Below are positions 24,733-39,281 of a DNA stretch of 64,000 nucleotides, piece by piece (the stretch's first letter is position 1; every line of letters begins with the position of its first letter). Under the pieces are notes generated by a model. The model was not told the DNA's origin. It was given only the letters and a program-made list of their open reading frames with translations, and searched no databases. Source of the stretch: Octopus sinensis (Eukaryota); assembly GCF_006345805.1 (NCBI RefSeq), contig NC_043001.1, positions 80,414,001 through 80,478,000 on the forward strand, written 5' to 3'. The position numbers were made by a program, and so were the translations under genes.

Positions 24733-27120
24733 GTTTTATGAAGAAATACAAATAAAGGCACGGGCATGGCTGTTTGATTAAGAAGCTCATTTTCCACTAT
24801 GCAATCTCAAGCTCAACCCCACTGTGTGGCACCGACTAAAGCCATGTGAGTGAATTTAGTAGATGGAAGTGATATGGTGGCGGATAGTCGTCCTCGTTCG
24901 ATTATCAGGGTTCGGTTGTTCGATCAAGTAGACTAACTGCTCTTCAATTGTTGAATTAGCGTGTGCCCCTAACGCAATTCACAGGCAAAATCAGTGTGTA
25001 ACATTGCTCTCTCTTTTGGATGACAAGTGCAATCCACATCATAGCTTCCATTTACCAACTTACACGCGCGTGGGTTGATAAGTGAATATTAAAATATGGC
25101 ATTCACTCGAGATGCTACGCGGGACATCATAGCTTTGAAGTAAAATTATCAACCATTCAGCCGTAATGAGCCTACACACACACATATATATACATATACA
25201 TACATATATAATATATATATATGAATGTGTGTTTTGTTGTGTATCTATGTATACACATACACACATATATGTGCGTGCATACACACACACATAAATACAT
25301 GTATTACATACCTTATAAGAATTAACAAGCTTTCAGGAGAACGTGTAATAAATCTTTTGGGGGAAATGAATCTCCGTGTACATATAAAGCATGTAAATAA
25401 TGGGTTGAAAAACCCTTTTGGAGAGGAAAAGTTGTAGGCTGCCAATGGGACTGGAGCCTACAACTCCTGTAGACATGACAGACGTTCTACCATTATACCA
25501 AAGCAATCCTTCACATTTTTCTATCTACTTTAGAAACATAATTCTATCCAGAGTTTTCTACCAATAATTACATGTAATTATTTATAGCTTTATATGTATT
25601 TCGAGAACCAATTTCCAAAAAAAGAAAAAGAAAAAAAGGATGATTCAATATTCTCTCAGAAGTTTATAAATCTTCATCACGTCAACAAGATACAATTCTC
25701 ACTGGTAAGAATAAAGTTTCTAAAATGGATATAAAAATTCCGAAAATTGCTTTGGTACGATGGTAGAACACCTGCCATGCCGACAGACGGTCGGTCTTTG
25801 GCACTTTCTACCCAAAAGGAAGTTTTGTCAACCCAAATTTGCATGCTATTATCTATAGCGTTATATATACTTCTAGAACCAATTCCAAAACGGAAATTTC
25901 TTTTTACCTTTCAAAAACAAATTAATTGTTGAAAACGGAATGGTATCGCAATAAATATTAAAATACAAACATACACACACGCACACATGTATAAATAATC
26001 TTTTCTATTAAAAGCTGAAGACATGAAATTTTGGGCGGAGGGGACTAGTCAATTATATCGATCTCAGTTTTTCACTGGTACTTAATTTATCCACCCTGAA
26101 AGGAAGAAAGGCAAAGTCGACTTCGGCGGAATTTGAACTCAGAAAATAAAGACGGACGAAATGCCCTTTAGCATTAGGACAATATCTATTTGGTTAAATA
26201 CCGTTAGGAGGAGAGGCCACTACCAAGAGACTTGTTGGCCCGGGTCCATAGAAATCAATATGGCGCGCATTAGGACTGAACCCGCAACTACATGGTCGGA
26301 AAGCTAGCTTTTTAATCCCACAGCTATGCCTGCACCTAACATACTTTTTCATTTATATCTATATGGATATTCCTTTCGGCTAATATGGCGACCAAAGTTA
26401 AACAAATTCTGATGACGACTTATCTGTTCTCAAACCTTGCTATCGAATATTTTAAGAATATTTGATACGTTACTAAATAGCTTTTACACACACTGAGTTA
26501 GGTATACACATACTTACTCTCCTTCCTTTTCTCTCTCCTCCTCTCTCCTTATTCTATCTTCCTATTTCTCTCTTCCTCTCTCTCTCTCTCTCTCTCTCTC
26601 GTTCATTCTGTCATACTCACATCTCTCTTTACGTTCGCTTTTCCTCCTCTCATTTTGTCTTTTCCCTCTTTCTCCTCCTAATCCTATTATATTACTCCCT
26701 CGCTCACAGGTCCTCTCTTAATCGAATCCAACTTTCAGTTTCTCCACATTTCTCTACCAACTCTTAAGCTCACAAACACATACACACACGCACACACACA
26801 CGCATACACACACACACAGAGTTGGTCTCTGATCTTAATCTTTTATTTTCTCTTCCTCTCCTATATTCAAACCCTTCTTCTCTCACTTTCTCTCTCCCTC
26901 TCTCCCTCCCTTTCACATTTCAATTCTCCTCTGTCTCTCTTATACTTACAGTCACACACACTTTCTCCCAATTTAATTCGCTTTCTTTTCTAAAACACCC
27001 ATTCTTACACCTGCACAATCTCAAATTCTTCCTTCGTTCATACCCAACATCTCCAATCACGTGATTCCTTCACTATTTCTTTTTTTCCTAATTAATACAC
27101 CTGCTCCCCCATTCTCTCTC

Positions 27121-27281
27121 TCAACCACATGGTTCCGGGTTCAGTCCCACTGCGTGGTACCTTGGGCAAGTCTCTTCTACTATAGCCTCGAGCCGATCAA
27201 AGCCTTGTGAGTGGATTTGGTAGACGGAAACGGAAAGATGCCCGTCGTATATATATGTATATATGTGTGTGTGTGTGTGTG

Positions 27282-27312
<31 letters not shown>

Positions 27313-27524
27313 CTTGTGTGTCTTTTTTTGCACACACCCACCACCACCAACATCGCTTGACAACCGGTGGTGGTGTGTTTACGTCCCCGTAACTTAGCGG
27401 CTCGGCAAAAGCGACCGATAGAATAAGTACTAGGCCTACAAAGAATAAGTCCTGGGGTCGACTAAAGGCGGTGCTCCAGCATGGCCACAGTCAAAATGAC
27501 TGAAACAAGTAAAAGAGTAAAAGA

Positions 27525-27527
<3 letters not shown>
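27121..27527 (+). mobile_element. SINE family A, slightly 5'-truncated
   Basis: Matches the 16287 copy. Confidence 0.88.
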
Positions 27528-27558
<31 letters not shown>

Positions 27559-27615
27559 TTCTCTCTCTTGTTCTCTCTCATACAAACACAAATACACACA
27601 CACTCGCTCAAACAA

Positions 27616-27669
<54 letters not shown>

Positions 27670-27775
27670 TCACTCTGTCTGCATGCTTGTCTCTCTGCCT
27701 GTTTGTCTGTTTCCTTGTCTGTCTCTATCTCCTTGACTGTCTCTTTTTCTCTGCTTATTTATCTCTCTCCCTTCT

Positions 27776-27813
<38 letters not shown>

Positions 27814-28553
27814 CACGTCCACTCCACTTTGTCTCTTTCTTACTATATTTAATTCACGAACAATTCCTCGTGTCACTGTTAAATCCATCGCTCTATTGAC
27901 CAAAACCTGTCGATGCTCATTTGAAAAACCTACAGAAATCTTGGCACGGTTTTTACACCAAATTTGGCACCAGTTCCATTGCACGCAGCGCTTGCGTCGC
28001 TTTACAGGAATATCACCGAAGACTTACAACAGCAAACATCAATGATACAGCTGCCAATTCTCAGAGGTTACAGACAAGACAAAATGAAGGAAAACAAAGC
28101 AATGTAGAATATACGTATATATAGATAGATAAGTAAACATACCTTACACACAAAAAATACATTAAAAATTCACAGACTTTATCGTTTGCACCTTTAATAT
28201 TATTTCTATATTTCTTCGTTTTTAGTTCTTATATTTTCTTCTCTCGTTGTTTTGTTTCCGTCGTTGTTGTTGTTGACGACGACGACGACGACGAAGAGGA
28301 AGAGGAGGAGGACGAGGAGAATCAGGATGTTATTATTGTTGTTATTATTGTTATTATATGAGTGGGTGGGTGGATTGATTCCATTTTCTTTTCGTCTTGT
28401 TTGTGTGATTGCTTAAAAGAGCAGAATAAGCAATTTTGCTTTCAGATATACACCTATTATTTGCATATAGAGATATATATGTATAGATATATATATATAT
28501 ATATAGAGAGAGAGAGGTATATGTGAATTGAGCTATATATGTATAGAGGTATA

Positions 28554-28599
<46 letters not shown>

Positions 28600-28662
28600 A
28601 GAGAGAGAGAGAGAGAGAAAGAGGCGTATACAGATATACATATATGCATATGTGTGTGTGTG

Positions 28663-28701
<39 letters not shown>

Positions 28702-29387
28702 AGTCATACACAGGTATGTCAAATACTATGCAAAATAAATTCTTGATTTATTTAAAGATCATCTCCATCTATGGAGAATGTGTTATAATTACCAAACAGT
28801 AATAAGACACCAGCTCCATATGAGAAAGGAAAACAATCTCAGGAATCAAGATTTTACACACAAACACACACACATGTATATTTAAAGCAGACCAAAATCA
28901 CGTGATACAGTACTTCCACTACCTACGTTGGACATTTCTCGTCTACTACCGATGTGCTTCTATGCATTGGACGTCTCTATGAGAGACTTTTTTCTGTGTT
29001 ATATATGATCACATGATACGCCCACAATAAATGGGAAACAGAGACTGACAACAGAGGACATTATGTAACTGTGTTGATGTATACATATTAATCAATACAG
29101 TACTACCAGTAGAGTGGTTATGAATAAACATATGTATTGCAGTCCTATACTATATTTTTAATAAAACGTAAGTATGTACAGTTAGACACTTTGTGAATAT
29201 AGACCTCTCCTATAAGCCAGAATCAATTTCAGCAGAGTCATTTCATATGAACACAACTAGAGCTGTACACGTGACAAATCAGATTTGGCTAAAATTTGTT
29301 TTCGTTTGGTAATATCTCTATATGCATAAGGAACACAGGTATGATTTTAAGATCCAACTCTTACGGGTTTCAAAGATATGCCTCGGC

Positions 29388-30904
29388 AAAATTTGAGGGC
29401 CACGCTCCTCGTGGAGTACGAGTGTCAATTCATACAGATTTTGGTGCTGAATATCTTTAAAACTAATCATAGCATTTGACTGAAATTGACAACTCCGGGT
29501 AATCTGAACACTGTCAGAATCTACTATTACAATTGCTCTATCTCCCTACATTTTCGAGCTATTGACCTTTCGAATATGATCCTTTTCATGGGAGAAAATA
29601 AAAATCAATATTCAAGCGTTCCCCATGAGATCAAAATGTCTAACAGAATCAAATTTCTGCTGAGTTTCTTCAATTTGAGAACTGATCCGTTTATGATAAG
29701 AATATTGGCAATGTACAAGGCATAATATAATATTTAGAAGCCTTTGAAAATGGTTCCGCATGAAAAAAAAAACTTTTTTGACAATTTTCACCTTGCAAGT
29801 TCACAATGTGGGCAATTAAATAACAGAATGAAACTTGTTCTCCAGAAATGTATATATCCAAATTTTATTCATTCAAAATTTCAACTTGTTTTCTCATCTC
29901 CTTCATAGTTAATTCTATTTTACAAATATATGCTTTTTAGCAAAATGGTACCATTATCTTCCAGAACCCTTATATCTTTCATGATAACACAAGATCAGTG
30001 AAAGTTCAGGTATGAACCTATTTGGTGACAAGGATCTTATTGTACATGTAAGAAGTTCTCAGTATTTTTAAATCATGATATTTTTTTATTGAAATACTCA
30101 CGGTATTAAACTCAAACTTAGTTCAAGTAACTCTTAATTAAAATTTGAAATTTTATTGATTTACAACGTATTGATTACAATGTTTTGATTAACAGATGCC
30201 GTTAATGATAGATAAATATTATACATTATGTACTTTTGACAGTAAACTTAACTTGATATAAATTATGACAATGTCTTCTGTATGAGGGCAGCATTCTCAG
30301 GGGCAAACTTATAAAATGCTGGCTCTGTCCTAGCTTTTCAGATGCTGAAACCAGGCAGACAATGTTCAGGCAGGGCACCCAAAAAGCGTTACTATGGACT
30401 GAAGACGGCCATAATAAAAGACTTGCATTTGATTGGTGCATGAAATTGATTAATACATCTTGGTTTTCATCTGAACGTTCAACGATACAGCCAGTGTACC
30501 AATCCTTATCATACATACACGCAACATATTTTCAGAACTGTGTTTTTTCACTCGGGACCATTTTCAGAGGTCTCTAAATATATTATGCCTTATAAATTGT
30601 CAATATTCATATTATAAACGGATTAGTCCGCAAATTGAAGAAACTCAGCAGAAGTTTGCTGTTAGACATGGAGAACCCTTGAAAATTGATTTCCACTCAT
30701 GAAAAGGTTCATATTTGAAAGTTCAATAACTCAAAAATGAAGGGAGGTAGAACAATTGTAATAGCAGATTCTGACAGATTGTGTTCAGAATACCCAGAGT
30801 AGTCAATTTCAGTAAAATATTAGGATTAGTTTTAAAGGTATCTAGCACCAAAATCTGTATAAATTGACACCCGCACCCCATGTTGGGTGTGGCCCTCAAA
30901 TTTT
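29388..30904 (-). mobile_element. Non-autonomous DNA transposon with ~240-bp inverted repeats and an internal ORF remnant
   Basis: 29388-29627 aligns to the reverse complement of 30667-30904 (roughly 80% by eye); internal remnant YDKDWYTGCIVERSDENQDVLINFM...WP...WVP at 30226-30516. Confidence 0.75.
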
Positions 30905-31033
30905 CTCCCGCAGCCCACCTTTCGCTTTCGTTTTTTTCGAGGAGGTGGAAACCTCCTCGTCATCCTCCTCCTTCTCTCTCTCCATTGAGGGAGCAGGGAG
31001 TGATTCCTCTATTAACTGCTCCAGGATCCTATT

Positions 31034-31642
31034 TTAGTCCTTGGTGCAGTTTTTCTTGATGTGTCCGGTCTCCAGGCACAGGTGACACTTGGGGGGGCAT
31101 CCTTTGAGTATCACCGGATACCTAGACCCGGCCATCCTCAAAAAATCTGGGAAAACCAGACTTTCGGCTGATTGGGTCCATAGGGTCAAAACAGCTTTTG
31201 ACCCCTCCCAATCAGCCGCAGGCAAAATTTTCACGTTGAGCAGCTTGGTACTGCTACCACCCAGACCCCGGCGGATAGAGTCCTCTATCCACTCGGGCTC
31301 AATTCCGGGTGGCAAACCGCAGACCCAATCCCTCATCAACTTCTTCCCACAATAACTGGGAAGGAACATAATTTCCTTGCCCTCCAGGGGCCGGCTTGCA
31401 AATTCGCAAGCTTCTTGGGGGGAATCAAATAGCAACCAGACCGTTGCATATTTGACTCCCCGTGAAATAAATTTAATGGCTGGCATGTAATCTGCCAGCT
31501 CCTTCAGAATTGTGGCTTTTGGGAAGACAGTTATAGTATCGAGCGATTTTGAATAAGTCCTCAACACCACCGTCTTTCTTTCGAGCTCTTTTAGCCATGT
31601 CTTGGGAGGTGTTAATTCCCACACTAATAATTCCTTTGCCAT
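31034..31642 (-). CDS. Gag/ORF1-like protein with CCHC zinc knuckle (202 aa), retroelement-derived
   Basis: CHLCLETGHIKKNC = CX2CX4HX4C; shares LPSYCGK and the V.(L/V)KG..P.C layout with the ORF at 62860-63369. Confidence 0.7.
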   Translation of the reverse strand: MAKELLVWELTPPKTWLKELERKTVVLRTYSKSLDTITVFPKATILKELADYMPAIKFISRGVKYATVWLLFDSPQEACEFASRPLEGKEIMFLPSYCGKKLMRDWVCGLPPGIEPEWIEDSIRRGLGGSSTKLLNVKILPAADWEGSKAVLTLWTQSAESLVFPDFLRMAGSRYPVILKGCPPKCHLCLETGHIKKNCTKD

Positions 31643-33804
31643 TTTTAAAAAAAAGTTCAAATACAGTTCACAATACAGTTTCAAATGAAGAAAGATACAC
31701 AAAAAAGAAAGAAAGACACAACAGAAGGGAAGAAAAAAATAAAAATAACAGTTCAATAAAGTTTTTTTTTTAACTAAATGATAGATAAGAAGCAGAGTTC
31801 AAATGCTGGCAAAAAAAATAATTTTCGGCCGAAAGGTACTCCTGGCCAATAATCCACAGAGAAATTTCAAAAACAATTTCTCAATTATGCGAGAAAACAC
31901 ACACGTCTCCACCGCAAGGCAGACAAAAAGCTCCGAATCCAGTAAGGACTCCTTGCTTGTACAAAAAAATTAAACCTACAGGCAACAAATCCTACTGGAC
32001 TCAAAGAGCAAAAAGTCTTACCTTACGGTAGAGCGTCTTTCAATTCAATTTTCGTCAGCTGCACACCAGCGTGACGACTTCAAGGGCACAGAGAAGACAA
32101 CTGAACAACCGGAACCGGAAGCAAGCTTCTTACCACACAGCCACGCTTTGTTTACAAATATAAGTACAAAGGGTACGACATGCCTCCACCCCATTTTACA
32201 CGACCATTGGTATAATGCCAGTAATGTTAGACGGATAGTAATGGGGTCATTATAAAGCTTAATGTGCTATCGTTTGCTTTTTATAATTATATTTTCCTTA
32301 GTATATACTATGTGGCTGCTATTGAAACGTTTATCGAAAATGTGAACCGATATATCATATACAGTATGTATAATAACCATATATTTAGTTTCAATGTGAA
32401 AACAGAAATTATTAAAAAAAAAACCAGAAGCTACGGAAACTGAAACTGAAAATCAAAACGACAAATTTCACTCTTCGTGAAAAACACATTTACGATCGCT
32501 TACTTCGTATGATACTTATATATACCCCTCTGATGTTCGTCAGTCAGAAGACAAAATTTATCTAGTTATCCTGGTGTACGTGTTCCGGGAATTCTTGTCT
32601 CGCTGACTTCTATCATATCTACATCTAGTGTCCTGATTTCGTTCAACAAAGATGAGTCTAGGCCGCATACATTTCTACTTCTTACTCTGAGTAAGGCCAT
32701 GTTGATCGGACAAAAGGCATTTGCAAATGATAGAAGCTAGACAGATCTTAGGAACTGAAATGGTTTCCTCAACAGCCTGCCAACATTTTAATTTGACATG
32801 TCGATGCATTTTTATTTCAGTGTTGAAATCCGTAATATTGTCATCCTGTTTTGGTAGACATACCAAACACTAGATTCCCAAATAAACATATCGAGATAAC
32901 GGATTAGCGATATCACAAAACCACGATTGCTACACCTTAGATGCCCTTAGAAAATAATAATCACATAGATGCCATCTATAACAGGCGACTAAAAGTTTCT
33001 GGAAGAAGTTAAGAAAGAGACTCTTGCCAATTGTCTAACCTCCTACAGAAACTTACCACATCACTTGAGAAATTAATCTTTGGGCTTCTGCGTGAGTCCT
33101 CTACTTGGTCGAGGACTTTTGAGTTAGCGTCAATGATATTCTGTTTCGATTTTATTATCAAACAGCTTTTTTTCTTTTGTGCACTCCAACAACTCGTTGT
33201 TTTTGTAATCGACTTAATCCGTTTTCTGTCCTTGTTTGTCCCCTCTGTGTTTAGCCCCTTGTGGGTAGTAAAGAAATAGGTATTTCGTCTGTCTTTACGT
33301 TCAGATTTCAAATTCCACCGAGGTCGACTTTGCTTTTAATACTTTTGGGGTCGATAAAATAAGTACCTGTTGCGTACTGGGGTCGATGTAATCGACCGGC
33401 CCCTTCCCCGCCAAAACAATTCGGGCCTTGTGCCTAGAGAAGAAAAGAATATTTGTCTTTGATGTTGCTGTAGTTGTTGTTCGCGTTATTGTTGTTTGAT
33501 GTTTCTGTTTTATGCGTTGCGGTGCGTCGGAGGATGGTCCCAGTCTATAGTGTTGGGGTGATCCTACTTTCACAGACCACCAGTGTACAAGCATATTCAC
33601 AGATGCACAGACATGCGGAAATGAATCTTCCCCATTGCTACAGAATTGTCCGATTTCAAAACTTCGTCGTGTGAAATAACTACGGGTTTAGCACTGGGGT
33701 CGATGCAATCGAATAATTCCTTCCTCCGGAATTGCTGGCCTTGTGACAAAATTTGAAACCATTATCATTGTTATTGCTATCATTATTATTATTTTATTAT
33801 TATT

Positions 33805-34304
33805 TTATCTTATCTTTATCACGAGTTTTGTTGGAGCTCCTGGAGCCTTGCATGCGTAGCGGGCCTATTATCTGCAGCCTACGGTAGCATGTTATTCGTT
33901 CCTTTCAATTGATTATTCTGGCCGTGTCAAGGAAGCAAACCTTTTGTAACAGTTCTACTGGGCACGCTAGTCCAATTTCCTTCATATTCTTCTTGATGCC
34001 TTCTAATACTGTTCCCAAAGACAAAAATAATTGGCATTATCTTCATCTTCATTTTCCATAGCCTGCCTATTTCGTACTTAAGAGGGTTATATCTATCTAT
34101 CTTTTCGCCTTCCTTCTTGACTATTCGTGGGTCAAAGGGGCATGCGAAATCAATTATATAGCATATGTGATGCACCTTGTCCACCACCACTAGATCCGGT
34201 CTGTTATGCTCTAGCATCTGATCTGTTTGGATTGGGAAATCCCAGAGGATTTTGCTAGTGTCCGACTTTGCTACTCTCTGCGGTTTGTACTCATACCACG
34301 TTTT
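33805..34304 (-). mobile_element. R4/Dong-type LINE 3' fragment (REL endonuclease plus 3' UTR)
   Basis: WYEYKP...ILWDFPIQTDQMLEHNRPDLVVVDK...IIDFACP...KIDRY..LKYE: PD-D-K nuclease motifs; (ATT)/(ATC) flanks. Confidence 0.85.
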
Positions 34305-34699
34305 ATTATCATCGTCATCATCATAATTATTCGTTTTCTACGCAGAACTGGCCAATTTCCTGATATTTGGGGCCATTCGTCATACATTTAAAGTCAAATT
34401 TACATATTTAAAAGTCAAACAAAAAATGGCGTCGAAGAAGGACTGTGCGGATGACATTGATTACGAACAGATTTTCCCCGCACATTTCTCTTTCTACAGG
34501 CATCGAGAACACAAATACATCTAATACCAACGACTTCAAAAAGAACAGGAACAACATCCCGAAAGGACGAAAGGCAAAGTCGACGCCGACAGAATTTGAA
34601 CTCAGAACGCAAAGCTGGACGAAATACCGCTATGCATTTCGCATGGTGTGTTAATGATTTTGCTCATCATTCCTACCATAGAAACAAGGCGAGTGTAAG

Positions 34700-35070
34700 T
34701 TCATTACATCAGACCTTATATTATACTTAAGTAGTACTTTATTTTATCAATGCCGAAGATGATGAAATGTCAAGTCGGCATCAGCTGAATCTGAACTCAG
34801 AAATGTCACTAAGCATTTTCTCAGCCGTGCTAACATTTCTTATTTCTTTATTGCCCACAAGGGGCTAAACATAGAGGGGACAAACAAGGACAGACAAAGG
34901 GATTAAGTCGATTACATCTACCCCAGTTTGTAACTAGTACTTAATATATCGTCCCTGAAAGGATGAAAGGCAAAGTCGACCTCGGTGGAATTTGAACTCA
35001 GAACGTAGCGGCAGGTGAATTACCGCTAAGCATTTCGCATAGCATGCAAACGTTTCTGTCAGTTCACCGT
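34700..35070 (-). mobile_element. SINE family B followed by a second diverged unit
   Basis: Reverse complement of the family B head, core and GTTTAGCCCCTTGTGGG tail. Confidence 0.75.
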
Positions 35071-35134
35071 CTTTTAAGTATTGTAATCCATTTTTCGATA
35101 ACGATAACGCTGCTACCATCTCAGTCGTCTAACG

Positions 35135-35176
<42 letters not shown>

Positions 35177-35619
35177 TAATAATAATATAATAATAATAAT
35201 AATAAGCACTGCTGCTGCTACAACTACGGCCACTACTACTGCTGTTGTTGCTGCTACTACTGCTGCTGCTACCACTGCTGCTGCTGTCACTACTACTACT
35301 ATTGCTAACATTGCTGCTGTTGCTGCTGCTGCTGCCACTGCTGCTACTACTACTGGTACTACCACAGCTGCTGATACTACCACTGCTGCTGCTGCTGCTG
35401 TTGCTGCGGCCATTACTATTGCTACTACCACTGCCGCTCCAACTGCTGACAATGATATTGCTGCTGCTACAACTACTGGGGCTGCTGCTGCTGCTAATGA
35501 TGATAAATGAGGCCCCTATATGAAAATTAGTGGTTAAATATTTTATTTAAATTTTTTATTTATTTATTTATTTATTAAAATTTTTTTTTAAATGAAAACT
35601 TAATAATAATTTAACTTTA

Positions 35620-38600
35620 CTCGAAAAGAAAATTTCTAACAGTACACCGAATCGCTTGTCCAATGGTTATAAAGGAAGCGCGCCCCTCAGGAGGCTGCCA
35701 GCCTGATGGCGAAAAATTTTCGAATGGCAGAATATCTTCCCCGAATACGAACCTGGAAGGTCACTTAAACGGGATTTGTCCCAAATTAAGCCCCCAAAGT
35801 TCACCACCACAACGACCAGAAAATCAAAAAAGTAAAAGAACTAAATGGAACCGGGAAGAATATAAAGAAGTAATATATGCTTATTACTTTGCATTAAGTA
35901 GGCCAACCAAATAAAAACACACCGCAAACTCCTACAGAATTTGGAGGAGCCGGAATCCGGCTAGCAGACCAAACCTGGATGAAAACAGATTAGCAAATGT
36001 TAGAAGAGATATCTTCAGAAATACCAGACTCACAGATGCAGAATAACCCTCTATTAAAAAAGTGGTAGAGAATGACCTAAATGTAAGTCAGGAAAGAAAT
36101 AACGAAGCTGGGGAGAGGAATGTTGGGCCACAAGCATTGACTGAAAGGCGACCATCTGCCGAATCGACTCAAGATCCTGAAGAAGGAGGAAAATATGACC
36201 CTAGAAAAAACAGCCCGGAAAATGATGTCGAAACAGAATTTGAAATTCACATGTTTGTTGAACAACACAGAAAATCTATCATTGAAATGAAGCAAGAAGT
36301 TCTGAATGAGCTTGCAGTTGTAGGGCATACAACTATGAATGATAGGGAACCACTCCATAAACTCTCAAATGCACACCAACATAAAACACAAATAAAAATT
36401 GGCAACTACATTACACAGGAAATCACACAACTAAAACCCGATCTTAATAAATTAAATTAAATTATTTACTCTGTCGCTAAGGTAATCGAAAGACGCTGTT
36501 TAACACCCAAAAAGCCAACAATACAAAATTCGAAAAGAAAATCAAACTGCAGGAGTAGAATTGAAACTGAAATTGAATCATTGCGAAGGGAGATATCAAT
36601 ATTAACTGAGCTAATCTCTGGAAATGATGTAAGATCAAGAAAAGGCATGAAGATTGTGAGAAAATATGGACATTCAACAAGAGAAGAACTAATGTCAGCG
36701 AAAGAAACACTTAAACAAAAAGTTCAAGCAAAAGCTCAGAGAATACGAAGATTTGAGAAAAGAATCAAATTCTACAAACAAAATAAGATGCTCAAATCCA
36801 ATGCCAAATCATTTTACAGGGAAATAGGGAAAGAAAAAATAACCATTGAAAATCCACCCCTAATGGAAGAAGTTGAAAAGGGGATCTGGAGTGATGAGAA
36901 ACCATACAATGAAAATGCAGAGTGGATCAAACGCACCCAAGATGACTACAAAAATCTACAAGAACAGGTATGGGAAGACATCTCAATCGCCGACCTAAGG
37001 AGAGCACTAACAAAGGCTCATAAGTGGAAATCCCCTGGTATTGATAGAGTACCAAATTTCTGGCTCTCATCACTCTCGTCCGCACACAATATGTTAGTAA
37101 TATTATTTAATAGTATTATGAAAGACCCGAAAAAAACACCACATTGGATGGCAAATGGTATTTCTTACCTCCTCCCCAAAAATAACAAAACGAAAGACCC
37201 AAAAAACTGTCGGCCTATAAGATGTTTATCTACTACCTATAAGATCTTGACATCTATTCTAGTAGAGAAAACATATACGTTTATGGAAGAGAATAACCTC
37301 TTTCCCACTGAACAAAAAGGATGCAGACGAGGCTCATACGGATGCAAAGATCAGCTCCTAATTAATCGCATGATCCTTGAGAACTGCCATAACAAGCGCA
37401 GAAATCTCAGCTCTTCATGGATTGATTATAAAAAAGCCTTTGACAGCATACCACATTCGTGGATTCTGAAATCGCTGGACATTTTCAAAATTTCTCCTGT
37501 GATTTCAGATTTTTTAAAGTATAATATGTCCCTATGGAACACGAAGCTCCAATTATATCATTCTAATGGAGTATTGCACTCAAACAACATTAGCATGAAC
37601 TGTGGAATTTTCCAAGGTGACTCACTTTCACCACTAATATTCTGCATAGCACTAATACCACTCTCAAGTGAACTGAATAGAACAGGATATGGCTTCAAAA
37701 TTGACAACAAGAAAATAAGCCATCTATTTTATATGGATGACGTAAAGCTATATGGCAAAGATTATGAAGAGCTTGAAGGATTATTACATACAGTGAAAGG
37801 ATTCAGTGATGATATCGGGATGGAGTTTGGCCTTGAAAAGTGTGCCAAAGCCACTTTTAAGAAAGGGAAATTGATAAAGTCTAGTTCAATTGAATTAGAT
37901 GTCGAAATAGTAATAAAGGAACTTGAGCAGGAACAAACCTATAAATACCTAGGAATAAATGAAGGCTCTGGTATCCAGCATGCAAGCATGAAAGAGAAGG
38001 TTAGGAAAGAATGTTATAGAAGAGTCCGAGCAGTCCTGAAGTCTGAGCTGAATGCATATAATAAGGTTTTAGCTATAAATTCCTTGGCAGTACCAGTTGT
38101 TCGCTATAGCTTCAATGTGCTTAACTGGAATACTAGTGAAATAATGAAAATTGACAGGAAAATCCGCAAGCTACTGACTTGCAATAAGATGCACCATCCA
38201 AAGGCAGACGTGGATCGCCTTTACCTTCCCAGAGGCCAGGGAGGTCGAGGTTTGATCCAGCTTGAACTTACATACAAAACCACCACAATCGGACTGGCCA
38301 AATACCTTGAAGCAACCAACGATTGGATGCTAAAACTTGTTGAAAAACATGAAAGACCTAAAAAACTTCACTCTATTCTCAAAGAGAGCAAAACATTCGC
38401 TGCTGATCTCTTAGATACCCACCAGATTGAGCAGGCTGAAGGAAATGCGCCAACTGCAGCTGCAAAGAAAATAGAATTAATTGCAAAGACAAAAGCACAT
38501 GAAAATTTAGCTAGCAGATGGGAACAGAAACCTCTCCATGGCAAGTATGTGGCCCGTAGCAAACAAGCTGATGTCGACCAGAAATATACGCACCAATGGT

Positions 38601-39140
38601 TACGAAGTTCAGGGCTAAAAGCAGAGAGTGAAGGTTTCATATTAGCTGCTCAAGACCAAAGCTTATTTACCCGGAACTACCAAGCCAATGTGATGAAAAA
38701 TGGAGCTGACCCAAAATGCCGATTCTGTAACGATGAGATTGAAACAATAGACCACCTAATCTCAGGGTGTAGAGTCTTAGCACCTACAGAAAATAAAGCA
38801 AGACATGACAGAGTCGGCTAGTATTTACACTGGACAATATGTCGGCATTATAAAATCAAAACCACTGACAAATGGTATAAACATCATCCTGAAGCTGTGA
38901 CTGAGGGAGAAAATGTGTCGATTCTATGGGACTTCGCCGTGCAGACCGACAGGACTATAAAAGCCAATAAACCGGATATCATTATAAAAGATCAGACAAA
39001 AAGGATGTGTTTAATTAATTGACATGAGTATTCCCTGTGATCACAATATAGCGGCGAAAGAATTTGACAAGATTAGTAAATATAAAGACCTGCTAATGGA
39101 AATTGAAAAAATGTGGCATCTCAAGGCGACTGCAGTAATA
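35620..39140 (-). other. No separate minus-strand feature called here; ORFs 36077-36710 and 38368-38640 are antisense shadows of the + strand LINE ORF
   Basis: They overlap the LINE ORF on the opposite strand and show no motifs. Confidence 0.6.
35620..39140 (+). mobile_element. Near full-length R4/Dong-type non-LTR retrotransposon (single ORF RT-CCHC-REL), inactivated and 3'-truncated
   Basis: N-term RTKWNREEY...ANVRRDI; RT motifs KSPGID, RPI.CL, QGDSLSP, YMDD; CRFC...ETIDHLISGC; RHD; LWDF...KPDIII; several stops and frameshifts. Confidence 0.93.
36581..38821 (+). pseudogene. Longest open segment (746 aa) of the LINE ORF: RT plus zinc finger
   Basis: ORF track; a premature TAG after RHDRVG interrupts the protein before the nuclease domain. 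Confidence 0.9.
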
Positions 39141-39149
39141 ATAATAATA

Positions 39150-39187
<38 letters not shown>

Positions 39188-39223
39188 TAATAATAATAAT
39201 AATTATTATTATTATTATTATTA

Positions 39224-39263
<40 letters not shown>

Positions 39264-39281
39264 ATCTTTTCTTCTATAGAA

